A DNA stretch of 64,000 nt. Origin: Phoronis australis (taxonomy: Eukaryota; Animalia; Phoronida). This document shows positions 40,101-50,758 of this stretch, piece after piece. The translations under genes and the position numbers were made by a program. Each line of letters starts with the position of its first letter. Position 1 is the stretch's first letter. A model generated the notes under the pieces. That model was not told the origin of the DNA, ran no database searches, and saw nothing but the letters and a program-made list of their open reading frames with translations. The DNA lies in assembly GCA_002633005.1 (NCBI GenBank), contig NMRA01000118.1, positions 868,707 to 932,706 on the forward strand. The letters run 5' to 3'.

Positions 40101-41545
40101 GCTGTGAGAATATGTTTCTCTCTGGACTTTCATGGGCTGCGTCACTGCAACGTAAATATTTGTCCTCGGTAAGTCATTTCCATTCATTAGGTTCATACCG
40201 CAATGTCTACGGCTGATCAGTAGTGCAGAGATTTCCGCTTGCCGACCTGGCAATTTTGCACTGACCTTGCTTTGGAACCCTGTGCAGTACTGAAACCACA
40301 CGTTTCATATATCGTACTAAACTTGCATGATAGGCTGATATGGTTAGTATTTAAAAACATTTAGTGTAGTATCATTTAGATGGCAAGAATTAAGTCATGA
40401 GTCACCAAACTCAGTAGAGAGCAAAGTAAGAAAATTTGCCATGAACATTTTGTTGCTGCCTTGAAAGAAAGTTACTGGAACAGGGTACATAAGGAGGGGT
40501 CCACTGCAAAGTATACATGTCCATCAATACCGCATGCGTTTCCGAAGTACGCCATGGAAACGTTAGAATGGAAAATCCAGTCGAACTGAGAGCATAACTG
40601 TGATTCTTCATGTATACTGTACATGTGTAAATAACTGTATTCTTACATTGTTTTCATGTAGGAACTCGACAGTAAGATGCATATTTCTCTTGAAAAATGG
40701 AATAACTGGTGAGTAAGGTGTTTCGGCTTGGTTATGTTTTATGTTTCCGTGATGCGGCCGGATTGATTGACAAGCTGATTGAAATAATTAATTTGTTATG
40801 TACTCGATGTACTCATAAAAGAATGACATTTTCACTTGTAATAAAGTTTTGGTGGACTTTCAACTACTACAATTTTGTATTTAGCACAACGCGCGGAAAC
40901 TATAGTGAGGACTGAGTGGAGCTTGATTTTGCCAGGACTATGCAGCAAATAAAATGTAAGGTTAATGGACTTCACTTTTGCATGAATACGATGTGCTGGT
41001 TCGATGGCAAATGGGGCCGTAGTGCCGTGATTATCTGTCGACCATATCATCTGGTTTGTCTGTCGCATAACCTGTGGATGTGCGTTTGCTCCGAAGTACG
41101 TCTACCCGTTTTATCGTCTGGGAGCATAAGTCTGGATCGTAACCAACGGAAGACATATTATGTGACTATAGAACACACACCATGCTTGTTAATAAAACTC
41201 ACCTGATGTATGGGAAGAACGGCTTCACGTGATTCAGTTGCACGGCTATGGAATACCTGCAGGAGAAGGTAACTCCACATATTGAGCGTGTCTTGTCAGA
41301 GTTCCACCTAGGCCGCCTATAGAACGTCCCTCTCAGGCATGGTTATCAAAAATGTTTTCAACCGATGGGGAAATAATTCGATTACAGCTAGTGCTCTTAA
41401 ATTCCCCCAGATTTAGCAAGCCTTTGGAACATTAATAAAAATAGCTGCAAAATTTAACTTACGTTACAAGCATGGTTGCCAATAAGAATACACTGCACCC
41501 AAGCGGGAAATAGTGAAGTCGTCTGTTGATGAAGTCAACTGGCAT
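28143..41545 (-). CDS. DRAM2: DRAM/TMEM150 (Frag1/DRAM/Sfk1) family multi-pass membrane protein, 440 aa, complete. Exons: 41463-41545, 41203-41256, 40077-40144, 35116-35264, 33326-33539, 31187-31275, 28143-28808
   Basis: GT-AG introns with phases 2,2,1,0,1,0 give a 1323-nt open frame ending in TAG. Peptide: MPVDFINRRLHYFPLGCSVFLLATMLVT|YSIAVQLNHVKPFFPYIS|DAAHESPERNIFSQLLNFASVCG|LITAIFRCKQ...GVSVVANYS|...MHYLGAAIGY...VRLSLS...|...|LHDVDALCHWISALALVVLFFSFVHEFK. This matches DRAM motifs (PYISD, PE..F..LN, RYKQ, VANFQ, H..GA, EW..F..DF). The symbol is family-level. Confidence 0.9.
28971..29393. mobile_element. MITE with ~55-bp imperfect TIRs and an apparent 4-bp TSD (ACTA)
   Basis: Left end GCTGTTGTGCGTGAACTTGGAATC...ATCTCAAGATCGCGTATGCGT; right end ACGCATACGCGATCTTGAGAT...GATTCCAAGTTCACGCACAGCAGC. 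ACTA flanks both ends. Confidence 0.75.
31750..32660. mobile_element. Kolobok-type foldback element with ~300-bp inverted arms, TTAA TSD and transposase remnants
   Basis: TTAA|AGGCAAAGGCAACC ... GGTTGCCTTCGCCT|TTAA. Both arms carry a THAP-like start (MPHCCCLPGC on +, MPHCCCVPGC on -). The core encodes EKFIVFLSKVLGLFRRCQVCG. Confidence 0.8.
35295..38953 (+). mobile_element. Three HINE/Helentron-type copies nested in one another (heads at 35295, 36408, 37601; three 3' hairpin tails within 38771-38953)
   Basis: Each body starts AACTAGAAA..ATTGTCACG..ACAATA..ACTCTG, carries internal TGACCTTTG/AATGACCCCATG subrepeats and ends in an (AAG/AAT)n microsatellite. The tails contain the hairpin TACTCTGCGCTTACACGCGCAGAGTA, whose right arm is inverted to the 5' subTIR ACTCTGCGCGTG. 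Confidence 0.8.
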
Positions 41546-42679
41546 TGTCACGGTAAAATACTGTACAACTTCTCTGACAAAAACCTTGAAGTGATTCGAG
41601 TTACAGTTGTAGTTAGAATGCACGTGCAGCGGAAGATTCACTCGTTTCCATTCTAGACAGAAGAATTACAACGCCTTTAAATCGTCAGCAGCTCACTTGA
41701 CTGTTGCACATAGAAGAGACATGTTTACACATTTAGTCACGCATATAAAAGTGTCGTGAAAACGGGCCGGACCCTTGCATATTTCAGAACACGAAGGGTG
41801 GCTGTTCAACTGACGAAACTAATACAGGTATGTGACGGTGAGCGGACCATCCTTTGTACGCATCCAGTAATTGTATGTTTATTTGAGAAGATTGTTATTC
41901 AGATTGCCAAATACGATATTTGATCTGTAGATAGTAAATGTGTCAACTAAAGTTGACGGAACCGACCGGAGGATAGTTTGCGGGTATTTGTCGGGCAAGT
42001 GGCACCAAGACTAGACAGGTGAGCCTAATGGAGACTGATCCACGGGGCTGCTTAAGGAGTGATATTTTGTTAGGAAAGTTGCTTCTCACAAACCCTTGGG
42101 TGGAAATAAGTGTTTCGTCACTTGTTTTCGTGACGCAAGAGGGTGTAAGCAAAGTGCAATGAGGGTAAAGGCTGGTACTGCATGAGTTCAGACTTGATGC
42201 ACGTTGGCCTACGCTGCCGTGACAAACACATAAAATGTTACTTTTTTACTTGTCTTTAAAATGTACAGAAGTTGTTTCAAAGAAATATATGATCCTGTTG
42301 ATTTAAAGAACAATTCTCTTTCAATTCTGTTGGTTTGAATGGCGGTGACAGTCGAGTGATTACTGGCAATCCTGTTACCGAACACGTGCGTGTGTAGGCC
42401 TAGTGTAACGACTATACCGTAGTGATACAAGATCAGTCAAAACATGCAACTTAAATGTTTTGCACTGAAGTTTCAGTTTCAGATTGAACGACACATGGAA
42501 AACAAACACTATTCAGGACTGTGCACACTCCTAACAGTGCCGCGGGCCCCCTGGTTGGGTAATCGCTATTGCACCGATAGTCGACTTTTATTCAGGTAAA
42601 CCGTTTTCCTAATAGTTTGACAACAAAGAGTCTGTTGTTCGAGATGTTTGCCCTCTTGACTGTAACTCGCCAAGCTATT

Positions 42680-42845
42680 TGCCTGCCTGTCTGCAGAGTC
42701 TCAGTGTCAGTCTGTATGTCCGTGTTTCTGTCTGTCTGTACTGCCTCTCTGCGAACAGGTCGACCGTTCTCTCTCTCTGTTTTTGCTCTGTCATTCCGAT
42801 ATATCTGTCTTATCAATCTAGTTACATCCATCTATCTATATATCC
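42680..42845. repeat. Degenerate (CTGT)n/(CTCT)n/(TCTA)n low-complexity tract
   Basis: Visible directly. Confidence 0.6.
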
Positions 42846-45172
42846 AAACACAACTTCATGATCCATCCACATGCTCTGCAATGGCACTTACGTAGCAGGG
42901 GCAGGAACATTCTTTGACGACATGTTTTAAAGCAGACGGTTTCACGCACACATTTAGTACGTAACGACTGCCGTTTCTACAGCAATTCTCAGTTACGTCA
43001 CAGTTAATGACGTTAATACTCAAAACGATTGTTATAATTTAATGCAAACGACTCAAGTTAAATATCATGATGATCGTGATTACGAAGGTGATGGCTTTGA
43101 TGACAGGTGTTAATGGTCTTTCAAGGGGACAGATAAACAATAGACAACGTATCTGTTGTAATCTGTGTCATGGCAGCACAAGTAAAAATGGGCTATTCGG
43201 AAAATTTACATTAACTAGAGGGCGCGCGTGTACTAGATATCCCGGGCCTCACAAGCTGACGTCACGGATTGCTCCAACCAATCTCGTGTATCTATGCAGG
43301 AGAGTACTAGATTAATAAGCAGCCTCGATTTCGCGAGCCCTTTAATACATGGTGAAATGGCTTGCAGCCGTGCCAGTTGAATCTGAGACTGCGTGAAAAC
43401 GGGGTGCTTCTGAGAGGACAGTGAGCACGATCTTATACAAAGGCAAGGTTTGTGATTTTTTTCATGCGCGCATCCAGGGGGCGGGGCGAAGTGAGCAAAA
43501 AGATCTGGCCAGAGATACAAAAAGTCCGAGAAAATGGAACAAAAGTCCATTAAAGAAGTGCAAACGCGCAATTCACATTGGTGCTTTGTTACTCCTTTTT
43601 CTTCCCACAGCATTTCCACCCACCAGCAGTGCTGTATGGCACACTCAAAGTACAAGTGAGTGGCCCTGGAGAAATGTGAATCCTAGTACGAAGTTACCAT
43701 AAGACAATGGGCCAGTGGATTGTTGTATTTGAAGAGGAACTATATCTTAGTGCTTTACAAGTCAGCCTCGTCGCTGAGGATGCCCTTCCATAGGCAATGA
43801 GTCACGTGTGGACAATAGCTTATTTTCTTTCTTGGAAAGAAAAAGGGGGAATGAATCTAAAAAAGACCTAGTTACACCCTGGTCTAGTTAAGGGGCAGAT
43901 TTTGGGCACAAAACCAGTCAAGTAATATGCTGTTGTGTTTACCTTCAATGATCTAATTGTGGATATTATTGAGGCTGAATAAGGTTACATGAAGGAAAGC
44001 CACGTACCGGAGCTGAACCTTTTTTACAATCGCTTCTATGGGCCACTGAAACTAGATCCCACTGAAATAAATACCAAAAGCATCTGGTAGAAGTATCTGT
44101 GACTTGTCCTTTATCACTGATTGACAGTAACTTTTCCTTTCAGAAGAAATGCTTTATACTAATGGTAAAAACTGTTTATTTTGGAACACATTATGGGGAA
44201 ATGACTTTTCGTGACTGCATCGATTGTCTTATTGTCAGTAGAAAGCACGTAAATGTTACTCTTTGATGATCGAATATTTTTTTCCTCAACAGACAAGTTT
44301 GTCACTAATCACTGAAACCACAATATTTCTTCAGTTTAAAACCCCATACAGTAAAATTGTGCTTATTCTTTATCATGCTGAAATGATTACCGAATGCGCT
44401 TGCGAACTGTCGATTTCCTGTTGACCTATAGAAATGTGCAGGGATCAAAATGAAGTATTCCCTTAAGTTGTTTGCATTTGATTTGTTTGTGTATGTAATT
44501 ATTTTTAGAGCTTTCTTAAGAAAACCTTTGAACAATTTTAAGTTTAATTTATGTTAACTTGTCTAAAACAAATCTTCCACATGCAAGAAAAGTATGTTTC
44601 CAATTGTACCTAACTGGATAAGAATCTGCTATGCACAAGATTCGAGAATAAACACTTATCAGTGTATTTAAAAACAAAATGGCAAACTGAACAACCACAT
44701 GCATACAAAGAAACAACATTTTTAAAAGCAACTGTAGTTTTCCCAATGCAACGGAGTTCATAATCAGGCATATCAAGGGCTGACTTTCTGAATTAGGTTC
44801 AATTATCTCTGGTTATTGCTGAAGGATTACCGTTCACTTTGTCCAAAGGTAAAATAGACGCTCAGACGGCGGGTTTCATTCGTTTTCTTTCACCTGTAAC
44901 AGAACAGTCGTAAAATATTAGCAAATTATAAAAAACAACACAAAACTACTTTTGTAAGGCAGAAAATACTTGACGTTTCATCTTCATTTTTATATGTAAA
45001 AACTAATAATCTTTGTACCCAAGTCTTGTTTAAAGGCTTACATGTAATATGGTGCCAAATGACTATGTTTATATCTAAAACATGTATTTTGATGTAAAAC
45101 ACCAACCGTTAGACCATATAGACCACGAAATTTCATACAGGCCGGCGTATGTGTTCTGTTAGTCACCTCGTC

Positions 45173-45872
45173 GCATGGATGCGTTTAACAAATATAAGTA
45201 TATACTCTGTTCTCGTCATTGTTCATCACTTTCTTCATTGCACTCGTTCCAACATCCATTACTGTGACGTTAAACGCAAAATTCGTTAAAATTGAGAAAG
45301 CGCATGTTTCGATGTTCGGGAACCATCTTTGTGCGTCGAATACGCAAGTCCAGCTTTTTATTGGGAAACCACATTGGAAAAAGCGCTTATGGGGGTGCTC
45401 TTTGCGCGTTGACAACGCAAACTCGACATTTTTATAGAGAAAACGCATTTTTACAAAAGAGAATCAGTTGTCTGGAACGTTTCATGTGCTTCAACAACGC
45501 AAACCAGACCCACTCATTGGAAAGCCCATATTTGTCACCAGGAACACTTTTTTTTCACAACGCAGCCCGATAATTCAAATGAGATAACGCATTTTTGAAA
45601 AAATTCCATCACTTGCCGAGAAAAGTTTTTGAGCATCGGCCTGCACGGCGAATATTTCATATTGAGAAAGCGCATGTTTGAAAAGAAGAACCAACACCCC
45701 TCGGAAACGTTTTTTATGTGTCGACAACGTACATTTCTTATTGGGAAAGTCAGTTTTTCAAAAATTAATCGCGCAGACCGTTTGAGTCCCACTGACCAGC
45801 AATTACATGTATACTGCTATCAAATGACCAAGCCAGCAATGTTGATACTACGACCGCTTATCGAAATAATGT
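45173..45872 (+). repeat. ~700-bp interspersed repeat, copy 1
   Basis: Near-identical to 49142-49845, which is why the ORF track shows the same spurious ORFs twice. Confidence 0.9.
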
Positions 45873-46133
45873 ACACCTACGAAATTCGGACAGCGAAACC
45901 CCAATTTGGAGGTCCGCCAAATTCGGACACCACAAAAATGATGTTTCGCGAGATTCGTATCAGAATGATTTTTTTCTATTGGAATTCAAATGTCCGAAAA
46001 TCGCGCGACTTTACCGTATGTGCTGCTAGCCTACCATCCGGGTCCCGGGTGAGTTTCCGAAAAGAAACACTTAGTTCCACTCAATAAACCCGTTATTCAG
46101 TGGAGTAACTGGTGGGGATAACATCACCAAACG

Positions 46134-46452
46134 CAGTGGCGGATCTACGGGGGGGGAGTTCAGAGGGTTTAAACCCCCCCTCGGGCCAGGACCCAAAAAT
46201 TAGAAAAAAACAAAAAAGTCTCCAGCAAAATAAACGGCACCGCCCGTGTGTGTAAACCCCAAGTAAACCAACTTGGAAATAAACGAGGGGGGTTCACTCT
46301 AAAAATTTTTTTTTGCATTGTGAATTGCTGTTATGAAAATCAACGCGTTTCGAGTCTTCGTGGCTCGTCGGCAAAGCCCCGGAGATCAATTGTGCGTGCG
46401 CTTCCGACGACACTTCTGAAGCAGCCAAGCATTTTAGATGGATCCACCGCTG
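46134..46452. mobile_element. hAT-like MITE (CAGTGGCGGATC...GATCCACCGCTG)
   Basis: 12-bp imperfect TIR starting CAGTGGCGG. No clear TSD. Confidence 0.6.
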
Positions 46453-47329
46453 AAAGAGCAGCTCTATAGCTGATTTCTTTAGGTAACTAGTTTCTTTACT
46501 CTAAGATATGTTTTGATTTGATTAGGGGAAATACTGTGGTGCCGCAATCCTGATATTCAGGCAAATTGANATGCCAGCATAGGGCTCAATCCCACTCTCC
46601 CACTCACCAACAGTTACAAGTCACTTGCTAATCTGTAGAATAGCTCACAACTTACAAAATGAAGTAACATTGAGTATATCATCACTCATAACTAGTCAAA
46701 GTTCAAAATATCATGACAAAAAATTAAGGAGGTACTAAACAGCAATGAAAATATTCACTACCCACAAAACTTCATACAAAATTGAATTAAAAAGACTTGG
46801 ATGATAAAACTAAAATTTTATTTTATATACCCACTGTTCCTATTAGTAAATAGTTCAGGTAAGTTAAAGCCAGACCACAAGATCATATCTGATACCTAGC
46901 CACAACTGGGGCTTAAATTAATCACAATCTCCAAAAGCGTACAAAACAGGCAACACATACACCAACCAATACAATAAGAAAAGCTGACCAACCTTGTCAC
47001 TCTCTATTAATTCACTAGCAAACAACAGCACTTTTCGCCAAAGAAATGCGTTATAAATAAAGCTGAAAACTAATTTACTCAAAGAGGTGTTTGTCATCCA
47101 GAAGCAAAATGATACAGATAGCTTGGGTTTAACAAAATTTCAGCCCACCACTCAGACTCTGAATGATCCATCAGTTATGCTTAGGCTCTCTCCAAATCAC
47201 AGGCTAACCATTCATAAAATGTTTCAATCTGATCAACCTTAGTAAAATACGAAAACCAGATTTTGGGACTAATTGTCCTTTCTACACGTGATTTTCCAGT
47301 ACTTGCTTTGTGAGACGATAATCAGAAAT

Positions 47330-48200
47330 GCAAAACAGCCTATTCCAGAGCTGTAATAAAATTTCTGGAGAACATTTTGACCCTGACATCTTCATCATTT
47401 TTGGTGGATTCGGGACATCAAATATTGTTCGGGCACTGAAGTCAATACCAGCTTGTTCTTCATTCATGAACATGGATTCCTTGAAGTGATGAGAGCATAA
47501 CTTGCGGTTCTTGGACAAATAGGTTGCATCTCTATTCATAGGTCAGCTCCCAGCGCTTGCACCTGAACAGAAATCAATGACTGAGAGACTCAGGAACAAA
47601 CCTCATACTCACTAGGTTCACAGAAGACTGGTAGCCTACACTAAAGTACACTACACTACAGAATTCCTGTCGTACTGTGATTGTGATAGAGACAAAAGCG
47701 TTTTGGTGTCAACAGAAAAAAACTCGTACTCAAATGTTGATCCAAGGATATTTTAACATGGCCGCGCCTCCGCATCATTGACACATAGAATTAAGTGTTC
47801 AATGACACACTGCTTAGCTTAATTGGTCCAACTGGCACATTAAAATTATGTTCGGATTTTTCACCTTTTCACCGATACCCACAGATTCGCTAACTTGACT
47901 CATGACAGACTTAGTGGCCCTGTGGCTGTGATTGTGCCATGGCTGTGTCACCAGTCATGTTACTCATGGCCATGGGCATGGGTATGTTTTCCTAAAATTG
48001 TCCCTGCGATCGTACGGGTGACATTTTGATTTGGAATTGATGGACTGCAAGTATCCAAGAAGTGACGATCACATCGTACAGTCATCATAGTCCTTCCGCC
48101 GGCATCCCGGTTGTACAGTAGGCCTAGCCTTGCAACAGAACAGTGGCAACGGGGACTGTGATCGACTTGTCTAACAACCGTGAACAGAACACACAAAATG
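47330..48200 (-). pseudogene. Decayed, spliced THAP-domain (transposase-type) remnant
   Basis: FVCSVHGC*TSRSQSP at about 48130-48200. After an acceptor at about 47563 come RCKRW and, across a frameshift, NRKLCSHHFKESMFMNE...TIFDVPNPPK (THAP CSxHF motif and AVPTIF-like box). Confidence 0.65.
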
Positions 48201-48912
48201 AAATGATCGGTGGGTAATTGTGCAAATGAATGCCATTGCCCCTAACATTGCTAAACCCGTACACCTCCCAAAACGCGGAATTTTCAGTAGCCCATAGGGT
48301 CGTGATCTGCCGAGGAGCCTATTTTTTGCGCAACCACGGTTTTGGCAGGGGGGGTGCACCTAGACGACACCCGTTTATAGCATTAATGGCACAAAATCGA
48401 CATTGGTGTGCAGCAGGAGGCCGTTAAACTGGTAACGATCAGAAGAAAAGGTCCTGTTATTTTCCACCCAGATTATCAGAAAGTGTTAACGATTATCAGT
48501 TTCATTTCATCCACAAACACATTTCACAAGAGTTTTCATTGTCAGCAGTTAAACCTATGATTAAAAACGTAAGCGAATCCAGATGTGTTAGGTCACCTTA
48601 GTTGCATGAAGACGCGCCAGTGTGAGTTAACATTGGGTGTTTCAAAGGCTGTGGATGAGAAAGGTTTTAATTGTACAAAACGGTTGGGTGAATTTGATGT
48701 CGGTAGGATAGGAAACTGCATTCGCTTTCTAGACTACGCCCTTCTATGTATATGTTAGTTAATCGTGCTCTTCAGCCGCGCAGCTTCTGTAGGTGTCGAC
48801 GCATTCCCATCGTTTGAAGTAGGCCTAAACATGTAGAACGACAGTGGTCCCGAGTCCGATGCGCTTCTTCAACAATTCAGATGATTACCAAAGCGACGAA
48901 TGGAGTTCACGA

Positions 48913-49011
48913 GTGGATGAGAAACTACTCATTTTACTATCAAAAGTGGAAGAGAAACTACTCATTTTCCTATCACAAGTGGATGAGAAACTACTCATTT
49001 TACTATCATGA
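48913..49011. repeat. 33-bp tandem repeat x3
   Basis: Three head-to-tail GTGGATGAGAAACTACTCATTTTACTATCAAAA-like units with no spacers. Confidence 0.85.
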
Positions 49012-49141
49012 TTGTCTTTGCCATCTAATTAGGATAATTGTTCATTCGACCTTTTCATGTGGAAACTGAGCTTTGAGTTACAGTGTAATATGGAAATAAA
49101 GGTGTCAGACTTAACTTGCGTTTCGGTTTTTAACTGGCACA

Positions 49142-49845
49142 CGCATGGATGCGTTTAACAAATATAAGTATATACATGTACTCTGTTCTCGTCATTGTTC
49201 ATCACTTTCTTCATTGCACTCGTTCCCACATCCATTACTGTGACGTTAAACGCAAAATTCGTTAAAATTGAGAAAGCGCATGTTTCGATGTTCGGGAACC
49301 ATCTTTGTGCGTCGAATACGCAAGTCCAGCTTTTTATTGGGAAACCACATTGGAAAAAGCGCTTATGGGGGTGCTCTTTGCGCGTTGACAACGCAAACTC
49401 GACATTTTTATAGAGAAAACGCATTTTTACAAAAGAGAATCAGTTGTCTGGAACGTTTCATGTGCTTCAACAACGCAAACCAGACCCACTCATTGGAAAG
49501 CCCATATTTGTCACCAGGAACACTTTTTTTTCACAACGCAGCCCGATAATTCAAATGAGATAACGCATTTTTGAAAAAATTCCATCACTTGCCGAGAAAA
49601 GTTTTTGAGCATCGGCCTGCACGGCGAATATTTCATATTGAGAAAGCGCATGTTTGAAAAGAAGAACCAACACCCCTCGGAAACGTTTTTTATGTGTCGA
49701 CAACGTACATTTCTTATTGGGAAAGTCAGTTTTTCAAAAATTAATCGCGCAGACCGTTTGAGTCCCACTGACCAGCAATTACATGTATACTGCTATCAAA
49801 TGACCAAGCCAGCAATGTTGATACTACGACCGCTTATCGAAATAA
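49142..49845 (+). repeat. ~700-bp interspersed repeat, copy 2 (ends at an N)
   Basis: Matches 45173-45872 apart from a 6-bp insertion and isolated substitutions. Confidence 0.9.
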
Positions 49846-49846
49846 N

Positions 49847-50262
49847 ACGTCGGTGCTCCTTATGTTCTTGAATATTTGGTAATTTGGTAGTTGTCTAAAC
49901 CCCTGTGCACAAATCACACATTTTCGTATGCTTAAAAGGTGCGTGTAAGCAGATGTTCCAATAAAAATTTTGCTGGTGGTGTGACTCATACTCAGATGTG
50001 CACAAATATGGTTTCACGAAACTTATGAGCCAAGTTCATGTGACGAAATCGAGAGGGGCTTTTAATGATCTTAAGAAAAACTCCTGTTAAGTGCCAGAAA
50101 CGTACCAGGTGATGCATGGAAATTTCACTGTTTGGCTAGAAAAATAAAAAGTTATCTTAAACGGGAGGGGGGTAAACCCCCCGCTCGGCGCCACGCGCCT
50201 CGGATTCGACCTTTGCGGGAATCCTAACCCCCCCCCTTACTGAAAACGTAGATCCGCCACTG
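49847..50262 (-). mobile_element. hAT-like non-autonomous element end (CAGTGGCGGATC terminus at 50262)
   Basis: Inverted homologue of 57505-57920. Confidence 0.65.
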
Positions 50263-50758
50263 AAACGATGTCGATAGAAACTGACAAGTGACGTTATGTA
50301 CCGGTAGTCTCTCAATGCCTGGAAATGCATAGAGCACACACGGAACATTCACATACTTTTTGCCAGTTGGTTGACCCTTTTGACCGCAATTATCCACGCC
50401 TTTAAAAACCTTAGGTCTTTTGGGAATTAGTGACCACCTGTCGAAGTTTTGCAGTAGGGAAAATAGCAATAATAAGGCTTAGCGCGACGACGTATTTTGA
50501 TAACTTTTGATTCCGTCTTTTTACTAGATGTTTACAAGCAGACAGCGACGCATACGCAATTCAATCACCACTAGTACAGCAGAGACACCGCAAGGAGAAT
50601 TCTCCGAATAGCTCCATTAGTCCATATCTATGTCCTGGGAATCATTCACCTTTATACTTTGTCACCAAGTAATGGAGATAAAGTCATGCTCATGACTTTC
50701 TTAAATAAACAGGTACGTCGCCTAAGTGCAACAGTCGAAGAATTGATAGTGAGAAGAC

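Noticed and set aside
48913-49011. 33-bp repeats as a CRISPR array
   Set aside because: No spacers, no cas genes and a eukaryotic context; this is a simple minisatellite.
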